From NCBI GenBank assembly GCA_964393185.1, contig CAYMSO010000002.1, positions 75,915-139,914 of the forward strand: 64,000 nt of DNA, in the 5' to 3' direction. The notes beneath the pieces are model-generated. The model worked only from the letters and a program-made list of their open reading frames with translations. It was not told the origin of the DNA and did no database searches. This document shows, one piece after another, positions 28,694-38,596 of the stretch (the stretch's first letter is position 1; every line of letters begins with the position of its first letter). A program made the position numbers and the translations under genes. The stretch is from an uncultured Candidatus Saccharibacteria bacterium. Lineage in GTDB: Bacteria > Patescibacteriota > Dojkabacteria > J137.

Positions 28694-30214
28694 ATGAATC
28701 CAGTACTAGAAACAAAAAGCAAAGAATTTCAAAAAAAAGTTATAGATGCTCCCTTGCTGCCTGGATGCTACATGTACAAAAACAAGAATGGAAAGGTAAT
28801 TTACGTTGGAAAAGCAAAAAATCTAAGAAATCGCATAAAAAGCTATTTTACAAATTATCAGAAGATTGAATTGCAAAAACAGATAATGGTTCAGAAAGCT
28901 CAGGATATAGAAATCATTACAGTTGATTCGGAGGTAGAGGCTTTAATTTTAGAGATGAACTTGATCAAAAAGTATAGGCCAAAATACAACATAATAATGA
29001 GAGACGATAAAAGTTATATTTATATTAGATTAGAGAAAATAAGAAAGAAAAATCAACCAATACCTACTAGAGATTCAGTTTATCAGGATTTTCCAAGAAT
29101 CTCGGTTACTAGGCAAAAAAAAGACGATGGAGCAGAGTATTATGGTCCATTCCCCAATACCGTTCCAGTCAAAAGAATACTTAGAAAATTAAGATGGCTT
29201 TTCCCTTTCAGAACAACTAACGAACTTGTATATGTTGATCCTGAAGATACTTCCAAAGTTATTTCTTCCAACAAACGTCCTTCGCTTTATTACCATCTCG
29301 GGCTAAGCAATGGAGCTGAAGCCGGATTAGAAACTAAAGAAAATTACTTAAAAAACTTTCGTGCTGTAAGAAGTTTTTTGAGAGGTGAAAAGAACACTCT
29401 TTTGGAAGAAGTTCAGAAGAAAATGAAAATAGCAGTCGAAAATCTAAATTTTGAAGAAGCTGCAAGATTGAGGGATAGAATGAATGATATTAAATATGTA
29501 ACAGCAAACATTAGAATCGATAATAGTGTGGATGATATTGCAATCGAAAATATGAGAACAAAAGAAAAAAAATCTGGTTTAAAACAATTACTAGCTGAAT
29601 TAGACTTTCCAGCTGAGCATTTACAAATAAAGGAGGATTTTAAAATTGAATGTTACGACATTAGTAATATTCAAGGTACAAGCGCTGTAGGTTCAATGGT
29701 TGTTATGGTTGGTGGAGAAATACAGCCACAGCTTTATAGAAGATTTCGAATCAAAATGAAAAACGAGCCGAATGATTTTGCCATGTTACAAGAAGTTTTA
29801 ACTAGAAGATTTAAAAGAATTGTAGCAGAAAATCTAAGCCGTTACGAAGATGGCGAAGTACTCAAGAAGCCTAAAATCAAGCCTGATCCTAGCTTTTCTG
29901 TACTTCCCGATTTGATAATAATAGACGGTGGAAAAGGGCAGCTTGCTTCTACTTACAAAATCTTATATAAGTTTAATCTGCACAACCAAATTCCAATTGT
30001 TGGATTAGCAAAACGCGAAGAAGAAATTTTTAAAATCTCTGATCAATTCAACGATGATTTTAGAGAAGTTAACGAATCAAATAGATTTAGTCGAATATTA
30101 CTTCCACGTAGATCTAGTGCGCTCTTTTTGGTACAAAGAATACGTGATGAAGCTCATAGATTTGCTATTACGTATCATCGGAAGGTTAGATCAAAAAAAA
30201 TGATTTTAAATTAG
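28694..30214 (+). CDS. uvrC: Excinuclease subunit UvrC lacking the C-terminal (HhH)2 domain
   Basis: GIY-YIG (PGCYMYKNKNGKVIYVGKAKNLRNRIKSYF), UVR domain (FEEAARLRDRMNDI), RNase H-like domain ending RDEAHRFAITYHRK, then a stop. ATG at 28694 is preferred over the TTG at 28670, which lies in the -10 box. Confidence 0.85.
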   Translation: MNPVLETKSKEFQKKVIDAPLLPGCYMYKNKNGKVIYVGKAKNLRNRIKSYFTNYQKIELQKQIMVQKAQDIEIITVDSEVEALILEMNLIKKYRPKYNIIMRDDKSYIYIRLEKIRKKNQPIPTRDSVYQDFPRISVTRQKKDDGAEYYGPFPNTVPVKRILRKLRWLFPFRTTNELVYVDPEDTSKVISSNKRPSLYYHLGLSNGAEAGLETKENYLKNFRAVRSFLRGEKNTLLEEVQKKMKIAVENLNFEEAARLRDRMNDIKYVTANIRIDNSVDDIAIENMRTKEKKSGLKQLLAELDFPAEHLQIKEDFKIECYDISNIQGTSAVGSMVVMVGGEIQPQLYRRFRIKMKNEPNDFAMLQEVLTRRFKRIVAENLSRYEDGEVLKKPKIKPDPSFSVLPDLIIIDGGKGQLASTYKILYKFNLHNQIPIVGLAKREEEIFKISDQFNDDFREVNESNRFSRILLPRRSSALFLVQRIRDEAHRFAITYHRKVRSKKMILN

Positions 30215-30262
30215 TAATAATCGAAAATAGTGCAAAGAAGAGCACCTTGTTTAAAGCTGTTC

Positions 30263-30865
30263 TTATCTATACTGTCTTATAACTGTGACTCTTCTAACTC
30301 TTCTTTTATGAATCATATCTTCGATAATAGACATTAGAAAGAAATCAAAAAACATTACTATTAACAAAATTAGCACAAGAGAAAGAGAGATTCTGCCATC
30401 AAAAAGCCTTGTATTTATAACTGTTGCAGCCCAGTTTGTACTTTTAGCTACAAAATCTGCAAAATCGCTTACACTAAGATTAACTTTAAAAAAGTCAAAC
30501 ACCAGCCTAATTATTATTAAAGTCTCTACTGTTTTAAAAAAGAAATCCAATAAATTTAGCATAACATCCGATACCCGGTCATAGAAAAAAGAAGTTAATA
30601 GTTCAGAAAGAATGGTGCCTATTAATATAATGAATATAATAGCTGCCAATGCGTTTAAGTTAAAATCTCCAGGCTTTGCTTGTTGTTCAAATATACCAAT
30701 AAATGGATTGATTAGTGGATCAGTAATTTGGAGTAAAAATTTGACAAAACTATTATTTCTATCGGCTTTTATCAAATCGAATACTATTCGTACAAAAATC
30801 AATAAACTTAAGAATACGCTAGCGCCTATTGTTAGAATCCTTATATTTTCTCTTGTCTGTCTCAT
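30263..30865 (-). CDS. YggT-like integral membrane protein
   Basis: 200 aa, 4 or more TM helices. ITDPLINPF resembles the YggT signature. Confidence 0.45.
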   Translation of the reverse strand: MRQTRENIRILTIGASVFLSLLIFVRIVFDLIKADRNNSFVKFLLQITDPLINPFIGIFEQQAKPGDFNLNALAAIIFIILIGTILSELLTSFFYDRVSDVMLNLLDFFFKTVETLIIIRLVFDFFKVNLSVSDFADFVAKSTNWAATVINTRLFDGRISLSLVLILLIVMFFDFFLMSIIEDMIHKRRVRRVTVIRQYR

Positions 30866-30905
30866 ATTTAAAATAAAATAGATTTTAACTGATCTCTTTT
30901 GATTA

Positions 30906-32765
30906 TTACTTTCCTTTTCTTAATTCATACATTCTGACTAATTCTTTGACAGTATTAGGATAGTCTTTATCTCTATCCCAAATTTTGATTCGTGGAAATC
31001 TTACAGACAAACCTCTATCTGATTTATCACCCTTAACGCTTGTGGGTATTCCCATTGCAGCAGTGTGCGCAGGGCTTCTTGTAATTTCGTCGGCTATAAT
31101 TTCGATAATATACTTAGGTCTTACCCAAACATCTGGTTTAAGCTGAGAATTTACCACATAATTCTGTTGTGCTTCCGACACTTCTTCGGCTTTCAGAGCT
31201 ATTGCAATTTTTTCTAGTATTTCGTCTGTCAAACCGCTACCCACTTTACCAACCGAGTAATATTTATCCTCCTTTTCTTCGTACACAGCCGTGAGTAGGG
31301 CTCCGATGCCGAATTTAGATCGCTGACCTGTGCCAATATAATAACCAATCACAGCAACATCCAATGTATCTACAAGATCAGATCTTGTGTTTGCTTTTAG
31401 TTTGATCCACTTAAAATTTCTTGATCCAGGTTCGTAAGTAGTTCCAGGTGCCTTACAGATAATTCCTTCCAACCCAGCTTCTACTTTTTCGGTAAAGTAT
31501 TGATTTAATTCTGCTTCGGAATTACATTGCTTAGTTTCTAGCATTCTCAAGGCAGAGCTCGAGTTTGATAAAATAGAAGATAATAAATCTAATCTTTTTT
31601 CAAGTATTACTGAAGATAAGTCCTGTCCATTCAAATATAAGATATCAAAACACATAGCTCTTACAGGAATCGAACCGCTAAAAAGATCTATATCGTATTT
31701 TCTTTTTCTCTGCATTGTCTCCTGATAAGAAAGATAGGAGTTTGCTTCCTCATTAAAGCCTATTATTTCTGAATCTAGAATAATCGAATCAACTTCTAGA
31801 TTTTTTAACGAATAAAGTAACTCCGGGAATTGATCAGTCATATTTTCCATGTTCCGACTAAAGATTTGCGAACCACCTGTTTTGGAATAATGCAACTGAC
31901 CTCTTAAACCATCTAACTTTGGTTGTACAAAACAGTTAGGCATTCGTTTCCAAACAGATGCTGGATCAGCTTCTCTTTCTACTAACTTTGATGCTACCGG
32001 CTTTCCAATTTGTAATTCGATATCTGCTAATTTTGTTTCAATCTGATCTTTAGAAGTGGAAATCACTAGTTTTGCTAATTCACCAATATCTGAATTAGCG
32101 CCAAAGGCATAATCTAAGATTTCCCGTAAAGATTTATCTCCTTTTACATACCAAGACAATGCATCTAAAACGGTTTTGTCACTTACTCCCAATCGTAAAT
32201 CACCAGATACAATCCTAGTCACAAATCTTGCACTTAACGGATCCAACGAAAGTAATGTTAATATAAAAGAGTTAATTTTTGATTCGACTGAGCCTTTTCC
32301 TGCAGCCTTTGCTATACGTTCAAGATTAAAATATATGTCAGAAATTTTATCCGAGATAATCACAGCAATTTGATTCTCGGGAATTAGCATAGATTGCTCT
32401 TTTGAGTCTGCTGATTTGAATTTACTAACAAGTGCTTCTTTTAATTTTAGCTCTTGTATTTTTAACATTATCACCTCTGCCACGCTACCTAGATCACCAC
32501 TTGATTTATATATATCCATTATATCTACAGATATTTGGCTTTCTGCAATAATTTTCTCGAAGGATTTTAGTATAAGCTTTTTCGAAAAATTAAATTCCAG
32601 ATTAACAAATTTAGGTGCAAGTCGACCTTGCATCATATACATTGCGTAAGGTGCTTCATCAGGATCTACTTTTGCAAAAAAGTCTGCCAATATAATTGTC
32701 AAATCGTTTCTTTTAGAAGTTTCTTCTAACTTTTTTAGAAACTCAGAAAATTCTATAAATTTCAT
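30906..32765 (-). CDS. lig: ATP-dependent DNA ligase (archaeal/eukaryotic Lig1-like, with N-terminal DNA-binding domain)
   Basis: Adenylation motif I QPKLDGLRGQ, motif IV EGIICK, OB domain, 619 aa. Confidence 0.85.
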   Translation of the reverse strand: MKFIEFSEFLKKLEETSKRNDLTIILADFFAKVDPDEAPYAMYMMQGRLAPKFVNLEFNFSKKLILKSFEKIIAESQISVDIMDIYKSSGDLGSVAEVIMLKIQELKLKEALVSKFKSADSKEQSMLIPENQIAVIISDKISDIYFNLERIAKAAGKGSVESKINSFILTLLSLDPLSARFVTRIVSGDLRLGVSDKTVLDALSWYVKGDKSLREILDYAFGANSDIGELAKLVISTSKDQIETKLADIELQIGKPVASKLVEREADPASVWKRMPNCFVQPKLDGLRGQLHYSKTGGSQIFSRNMENMTDQFPELLYSLKNLEVDSIILDSEIIGFNEEANSYLSYQETMQRKRKYDIDLFSGSIPVRAMCFDILYLNGQDLSSVILEKRLDLLSSILSNSSSALRMLETKQCNSEAELNQYFTEKVEAGLEGIICKAPGTTYEPGSRNFKWIKLKANTRSDLVDTLDVAVIGYYIGTGQRSKFGIGALLTAVYEEKEDKYYSVGKVGSGLTDEILEKIAIALKAEEVSEAQQNYVVNSQLKPDVWVRPKYIIEIIADEITRSPAHTAAMGIPTSVKGDKSDRGLSVRFPRIKIWDRDKDYPNTVKELVRMYELRKGK

Positions 32766-32837
32766 GGAAATAATTAACTATTTGATCATTATACCCTGGA
32801 TTTTGTAACTTTCTAAAGAAGTAATTTTGGTTAAAAT

Positions 32838-32960
32838 AAAAAACAACGAGCGGAAGTTCATAGTTTTATGTTGTTATGGAAAAAGTTTAACTTAATGACT
32901 AAGCTCCTTTCGTTGACTAAAGCCAATGTTTCTAAGATTAACTCGCAATAAAGTAGTACT
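32838..32960 (+). repeat. Solitary copy of the ~115-nt structured repeat (same family as 53800-54030)
   Basis: Aligns to the pilB-pilC copies over its whole length (AAAAACAACGAGCGGAAGTTCATAGTTTTATGTTGTT...CTAAAGCCAATG...AAGATTA...CAATAAAGTAG). Confidence 0.75.
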
Positions 32961-32971
32961 AGGACAATGCC

Positions 32972-34813
32972 TTAACTCGTTGCTTCGGGCTCATAATAAC
33001 TAATTGGTTCTTGATCGGCAGGTGTAATTGTAGTGTTAGGTTCTGCACTAGTTTGATTATTTTGAGCAAGACTTGATGATTGAGTTTGACCTTGTGGAAC
33101 ATACGTTTGTGTCCAATCTGTTTCTGGCTGGTATACAAACGTGCCTTGTTGATTATAGTCTATAGCAGAAGGATCCGTATGAGTATATGGATCATATGGA
33201 TTTAAATAATCAGTCATTGATTGCTGATCTATAACCTGTTCTTTTGTCTCCACTGTTTCTTCATCGCTTCCACCGCTCCACATTAAGTATATAATCCATG
33301 GCACAAATAATATGGTAAAGCCAAGTCCACAAATAATTATAATAAGAATTAATGCAGATCTTGGTATTTCTCTTCCAAAAACATTTAGAGTTGTTTGATC
33401 ACCTGGAGATTGCCCAACAATAAATACCCAATCATAACTGGTTTCTTTTTCGGTTGAATCTTGTACTCTTACTTGAACCTGATGTTTTCCATCCGGAACT
33501 GTTCTATCTGTTAAATCGCAATCAAAACTAATCGCTGTGACTGTACATTTGGAAGTTACATCCTCGTTGTCGAAGATCATTTCGAAAGAATCAACCACAA
33601 TTTCGCTATTGATAGATGGTACTAATTCTCCCGATATTTTTATAGGTGTTCCAGAATCTACAACATCGTTGTTCGCAGGTATCGGATTAATTATAAGTGG
33701 GGTACTTGTTATATCTGTATTATCTTCATCCGAAATATTGAATTTATCTGATACTGTCTCGAAAATTACATTGTTGTCTGCATCTAGTCCCTGAATTCTA
33801 ATAAGATACTCACCTTTTTCTATGTCGGATACATCCCATACTTGTTCAGTTTTATCAGTACCAATATCGTTAGCAATTGTTGTCCATTCGGATGTATCTT
33901 TAGTATAGGAAATACTTAATTTAGTAATAACATTATCTGGATTTACAAGCTCCCATCTTATTAAAGCATTGTTTCCACTTAGCACTGAAGTCTTTAACGG
34001 AAATTTTATTACAATACTAATCTCGTCGTCATCGCTTTGCGAATTCTCATCCTGTCTTACCTTTATAGTGAATGACTGAAAAACGCTGGGACTTTTATTA
34101 TCTGTTACAGCAATAGTAACATCGTAAGAAATAGATTCTTGTCCGTGAGTGGAAAGTGGTATACTAGTGATTTCTCCCGTATCTTCGTTTATTCGCAGTT
34201 CTGCATTCGCTTTTATAAATCTATATTTAATGGGATCTTTATCCGGATCGTCTACAGTAATTTGATACGAGAATGTTTCTCCCTGGGTAAACTCTGTTTT
34301 ATCCGGATTTGATGTAATTTTAGGCTGGGTATTGCTATTGTATACACCTATAACTCGCGTATTGCAAACAGAGTAGGGTGCTTGTTCGTTTAACAAAGCT
34401 GCGCATAGTTTAATGCAATATTTCCCATCGGATAAGGGCGAAGTTGTACTTGTAGAACTCGTGTTCCATTGAATTATGCTATTTTCATCTTTTGATGATT
34501 GTGCTTTGCTATTTTTTGTAATACTGCCCAAATTGGTATTAGAACAAGTTTGTGCGTCAAAAAGTCTAGCACTGTACTGGATTTCTTCTTGATCATCATC
34601 GTATAATTTCCAGCTAACATTAAAAATATCTTTGACTATTTCGTTATTAGTTGGAGCTTCGATCTCAAATACATCATCATCGTCTGTTAAAGCAGCGTCA
34701 ATTTTGTTTGGAAAAAACGCAAATATAGATATCGAAATAAATGCAATAAAGAAGGCTGATTTAAATTTTTTAAATATATTTATAAAATCATTCATATTTA
34801 TGTATTTTAGCAC
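32972..34813 (-). CDS. Large surface protein with Ig/cadherin-like repeats, C-terminal TM anchor and Q/T/P-rich tail
   Basis: Signal/anchor at the N-terminus. PKITSNPDKTEF..YQITVDDPDKDPIKYRF...INEDTGEITS resembles He_PIG/dystroglycan-type cadherin-like domains. TM ALILIIIICGLGFTILFVPWIIYL. Confidence 0.6.
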   Translation of the reverse strand: MLKYINMNDFINIFKKFKSAFFIAFISISIFAFFPNKIDAALTDDDDVFEIEAPTNNEIVKDIFNVSWKLYDDDQEEIQYSARLFDAQTCSNTNLGSITKNSKAQSSKDENSIIQWNTSSTSTTSPLSDGKYCIKLCAALLNEQAPYSVCNTRVIGVYNSNTQPKITSNPDKTEFTQGETFSYQITVDDPDKDPIKYRFIKANAELRINEDTGEITSIPLSTHGQESISYDVTIAVTDNKSPSVFQSFTIKVRQDENSQSDDDEISIVIKFPLKTSVLSGNNALIRWELVNPDNVITKLSISYTKDTSEWTTIANDIGTDKTEQVWDVSDIEKGEYLIRIQGLDADNNVIFETVSDKFNISDEDNTDITSTPLIINPIPANNDVVDSGTPIKISGELVPSINSEIVVDSFEMIFDNEDVTSKCTVTAISFDCDLTDRTVPDGKHQVQVRVQDSTEKETSYDWVFIVGQSPGDQTTLNVFGREIPRSALILIIIICGLGFTILFVPWIIYLMWSGGSDEETVETKEQVIDQQSMTDYLNPYDPYTHTDPSAIDYNQQGTFVYQPETDWTQTYVPQGQTQSSSLAQNNQTSAEPNTTITPADQEPISYYEPEATS

Positions 34814-34819
34814 TACGTT

Positions 34820-36355
34820 CTAAAGTATTCCTTTTTGTTCGATAAATCCTTTTAGTGCTGTTTCCAAAGATCTAAGTTGAGTATCGGAAGCACTTTCTAC
34901 GCTTGCCATTTCTTCAAATGCTTTCCGAGCTTGCAATCCTTTTATAAATTTCAAACTTAGGGCAGTGGAAAGACCTTCATTGTAGACATTCAAATATTGA
35001 TCGGTTGCCAGATCATCCGCCATGTCTGATCTTGGGTAAAGTGTACCAAAGTGTCCTTCCTGTGTTTTAATATTTTCGTGAAGTTTTCTAAGTTGTTCAG
35101 GCTGGCTAAGCCAGTTAAGAAACTGCCAGGCAGCTTGCGAATTTGGCCGCTGATTGCTAACCATATTTCCCCAATAAGTTGCCCAGTTAAGAAATGGTTG
35201 CGACTGTCCTTGTATTTGTGGCATTGGCGACACTCCTATATTAATTCCCAAATTATATGATTCATTATAGTTAAGTAAATCTCTAAGTCTCCAACTTGTA
35301 CCTACAATCATGGCCACATCTTTTTCTAAGAATGCTGCTGCGTCATTTTTAAAACCTGAACTCCATGTTTGATTAGAAGAAACAAAGCTTTTATAAAAAT
35401 TTACAGCGCCTTGTGCTTGAGTATTAGTTGCAAATTCTGGTTGACCTGTTGTGGGGTTATAAAGACTTACTCCATTCTGCACAAAAAGCAAATTAAGCAA
35501 CTCAAAAGTAAAGGATGTATTGCCAGGAGCACCTGCAGCAAATCCTGCCTGCAATAGGTTTCTGCCTTCTCTTTTTGTTAAGGATTCGGCAAAATTTCTA
35601 AACTCAATCCAATTTTCCGGAGGTGTAAGAATATTATTATTGTTTTGTGCAATCAGATCTTTATTATAAATTATAGCAAGTGTATCTATCCACAGTGGTA
35701 AACCATGAACTCCACTTGTTCCAATAAAATCGTTTGCAACAGCAGGGTAGTAGCTACTTCTTAGGGATTCGGCACTGATCAGTGCTGTTGGAGCTGGAGC
35801 AGTGTACTTTTCGTAGTCAAGTGCCCATGTATTTTCAATCATAAATATATCTGGGATTTCAACTATATCTCCATTTTGAACTCCAGACAGAATCACCCTG
35901 TTTAATTCTGCTAGGTAGTCTTCCGATGCGGTTTTAAAATCTTTATCGTAGAACCATTTATCCTCGTATTTTATTGTTACATTCGGATTCTCGTCTTGAT
36001 ATTCTTCAATCAAAGGTTGAATAACTTCTGGATCCATAAATACTCCCCACCACTCCAAAGTAATTGGTGTATTGTTGTTTGTATTTCCTGTATTATTGTT
36101 GTTATTTTGATTGGTATTACTTTTACCCCCCGAAAGCAAGAAAAAAAGTAAAATTATTATTCCAAGGATGACTAATCCTCCAAGTACCAGCAAAGGTAGT
36201 GGGAATTTTCTTTCGTTTTGATATTCGGCATCATCGTCAGTAGAAAATTCCTCGTAATAAGTAGTTTCTTCGGCAGGCGCAGGATCTACAGTGTATGGCT
36301 CAATCGTTGTTGTAGAAAAATCCTGTGTGGAATAGTCTGCGTTATTGCTCTCCAT
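34820..36355 (-). CDS. Membrane-anchored extracellular solute-binding protein (ABC SBP family 1-like), no cognate permease adjacent
   Basis: Acidic N-terminal segment, TM, Asn-rich linker, then an SBP-like domain (LEWWGVF...IEEYQDENPNVTIKYE). Confidence 0.65.
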   Translation of the reverse strand: MESNNADYSTQDFSTTTIEPYTVDPAPAEETTYYEEFSTDDDAEYQNERKFPLPLLVLGGLVILGIIILLFFLLSGGKSNTNQNNNNNTGNTNNNTPITLEWWGVFMDPEVIQPLIEEYQDENPNVTIKYEDKWFYDKDFKTASEDYLAELNRVILSGVQNGDIVEIPDIFMIENTWALDYEKYTAPAPTALISAESLRSSYYPAVANDFIGTSGVHGLPLWIDTLAIIYNKDLIAQNNNNILTPPENWIEFRNFAESLTKREGRNLLQAGFAAGAPGNTSFTFELLNLLFVQNGVSLYNPTTGQPEFATNTQAQGAVNFYKSFVSSNQTWSSGFKNDAAAFLEKDVAMIVGTSWRLRDLLNYNESYNLGINIGVSPMPQIQGQSQPFLNWATYWGNMVSNQRPNSQAAWQFLNWLSQPEQLRKLHENIKTQEGHFGTLYPRSDMADDLATDQYLNVYNEGLSTALSLKFIKGLQARKAFEEMASVESASDTQLRSLETALKGFIEQKGIL

Positions 36356-36590
36356 TAATAATTGCTAAATCTAAATAAGTCTATATTAGTAAGTCTAGGT
36401 TGTAAAGGTCGATTAGTTGTTTTCGACAAATAGAAATTTTAGGTAGAATAACATAATTTTAGAAACAAAATTTTTTATACAAAGGCTTAACATATGCTTG
36501 GATTAGTCTCGTTGTACTTCTAATTTACACCAACAGTATTATCTGATATCTTATCTTATATTAGGTATCTTGTTTTTAAAAACATTATCA

Positions 36591-37766
36591 ATGGCCTCAC
36601 TTTACGAATCAAGTGCAAGAGCAAGAAAATTATTTACTGTTCTTATAATTTTAATGTTAGTTGTATACATTGTAGATACCTATATTCTTACTCCTACTCA
36701 GCAAGTTGTAGTAGATAATAAAAATAGATTTTACTTAGATCCTCAGAATGGATTCGGAGCTATTGCTGAGTACAATATAGATGGTTTAGACTATAACGCT
36801 AATGCTGTTTTTAGTAGAGAAAGCGTACACGGTTTTTATCCAGATACTGCTTACATTCACAAAATTGAACAACCTAGGGAAAATTTAAATACTATAGATA
36901 ATGCAAAAAGGAGTGTACGAGTATTAGGTTTCCCCGCAGATGATTTTCAATCACTGGAAAATGGACAGGTGTATAAATGGACAAAAGATAATTTAACAAA
37001 AAATATAACATTTGATCGAAGAAACCTAGTATGGAATATGGACACGCTATTTTTACAGAACATAGATTCCTTAGCTAGCAAACAAATTCTTCAACAAATA
37101 GAAACTTACAAAGCCCGATCTTTAGGACTTGTATCCAGCCTTGGATTTGATACGGCTGGTATTAGAGATGGTGTTTACGATATAAGATTTGCAGAACTTG
37201 GATTAGATGGTATTTTTCTCGAAACTACTAGCTATAATGTAGCTGATTATATCTTTATTAACATTTTTAGAAAACTGCCACTGGCCGATCTTAAACCGGA
37301 TGGTCAAAGACCTCCTGCCACTGAGCAAAATCCAGTTCCACCTCCAGTAAGTGGTAAAGTGTATAAAAACGATCCAAGACTTGGACAAATAGAACTAGTT
37401 GTATCTAACTCCTTATCTAATTACCCTAAGGATGTATTTAGGATTAAATTTACAGATTTTGAGTATTCCGAAAGTTCAGTTTATCTAATAAAATCTGCAG
37501 ATGAAGCTTGGACAGATGTGCAACTTGGCAAGGGTAGTTTAGTTTTGGTAAGGCCCCAAGGTGCAAATTATTTTGGAGGGAACCAGAGTGTGAATATTAA
37601 GGAATTTCGGATGGATGCCAGATTAACAGAACTTGCCTACTACGAACCCGAAATTTGGAGTGGTTACACTTATCCCATATTTGTATTTAGAGGAACAGCA
37701 ACATTAGAAAATGGAGGATTTGCCAGTTTTGTATTTTTTGTAGATGCAATTAAAAGAGCACAATAA
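36591..37766 (+). CDS. Hypothetical membrane-anchored protein at the edge of the T4SS-like cluster
   Basis: One N-terminal TM (LFTVLIILMLVVYIV), then about 350 aa predicted extracytoplasmic. The track start at 36570 is a TTG. Confidence 0.4.
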   Translation: MASLYESSARARKLFTVLIILMLVVYIVDTYILTPTQQVVVDNKNRFYLDPQNGFGAIAEYNIDGLDYNANAVFSRESVHGFYPDTAYIHKIEQPRENLNTIDNAKRSVRVLGFPADDFQSLENGQVYKWTKDNLTKNITFDRRNLVWNMDTLFLQNIDSLASKQILQQIETYKARSLGLVSSLGFDTAGIRDGVYDIRFAELGLDGIFLETTSYNVADYIFINIFRKLPLADLKPDGQRPPATEQNPVPPPVSGKVYKNDPRLGQIELVVSNSLSNYPKDVFRIKFTDFEYSESSVYLIKSADEAWTDVQLGKGSLVLVRPQGANYFGGNQSVNIKEFRMDARLTELAYYEPEIWSGYTYPIFVFRGTATLENGGFASFVFFVDAIKRAQ

Positions 37767-37790
37767 TTTTAAAAATTATAATAATACTTT

Positions 37791-38546
37791 ATGATTAAAC
37801 ATATAAGATTAATAAACATAATAGTACTAACCTTTATAAGCTTGACTTTATTGACAGGATTTATTGGAGTCACCAACTGGAATGCGATAAAAGCAGATAG
37901 TGGTGAACTCGGTAAAGGTTGTAAAGACAATGATAAATGCAATAGTGGATTAACTTGTATGAGAAAGTTCGGCTATGATAGAGATGTGTGCGTACAACTG
38001 AGAACAAGTGACGGAGGATTCGGATGTGGGAGCGAAAATGAAGGGTGTTGTACTATCTATAGACCTAAAGATATCTCTGTGCCTTCCTTCTGTTGGGGAA
38101 GCTTTGTTTGCGTTGACAATACATGCATAGATGAAAGTACACCCGAGCAGGATGAAGAAGACGAGGATAATCAAGAGAATGATGAGAATAATCAAATTGA
38201 CTATCGAAATGGCGTAGAAAACTGTAATCTACAAGATGATCCAGGTTGCGTTAGCTGCATAGGACAAGGTGGTATCTGGACTGCTATTGGTTGTATTGAC
38301 CCTTCTCCTACTGGTATTCTTACTGGCTTAATTAGAATTGGTTATGGAGTTATGGGTGGTGTTGCTTTACTACAATTAATATTTGTTGGTCTTATGTATC
38401 AATCTGGTGATGAAGCTAAAATCGCTGATGCTAGAAGTAAGCTTTTTGCTACTTTAGGTGGTGTTGCTTTGTTAACTTTTAGTGTATTAATACTAAGAAT
38501 TATTGGTATAAATATATTAGATGTTATCCCTGTTGGTGGTATTTAA
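37791..38546 (+). CDS. VirB2/TrbC-like T4SS pilin candidate with a Cys-rich N-terminal ectodomain
   Basis: Signal/TM, 14 Cys in about 130 aa, acidic linker, then GIWTAIGCIDPSPTG plus two hydrophobic helices separated by QSGDEAKIADARSK (VirB2-like hairpin). TATAAT 8 nt before the ATG. Confidence 0.5.
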   Translation: MIKHIRLINIIVLTFISLTLLTGFIGVTNWNAIKADSGELGKGCKDNDKCNSGLTCMRKFGYDRDVCVQLRTSDGGFGCGSENEGCCTIYRPKDISVPSFCWGSFVCVDNTCIDESTPEQDEEDEDNQENDENNQIDYRNGVENCNLQDDPGCVSCIGQGGIWTAIGCIDPSPTGILTGLIRIGYGVMGGVALLQLIFVGLMYQSGDEAKIADARSKLFATLGGVALLTFSVLILRIIGINILDVIPVGGI

Positions 38547-38596
38547 TATATTTATTTTGTAATTAATTTATGTAATCTATTAATTAATTGCAGGTC

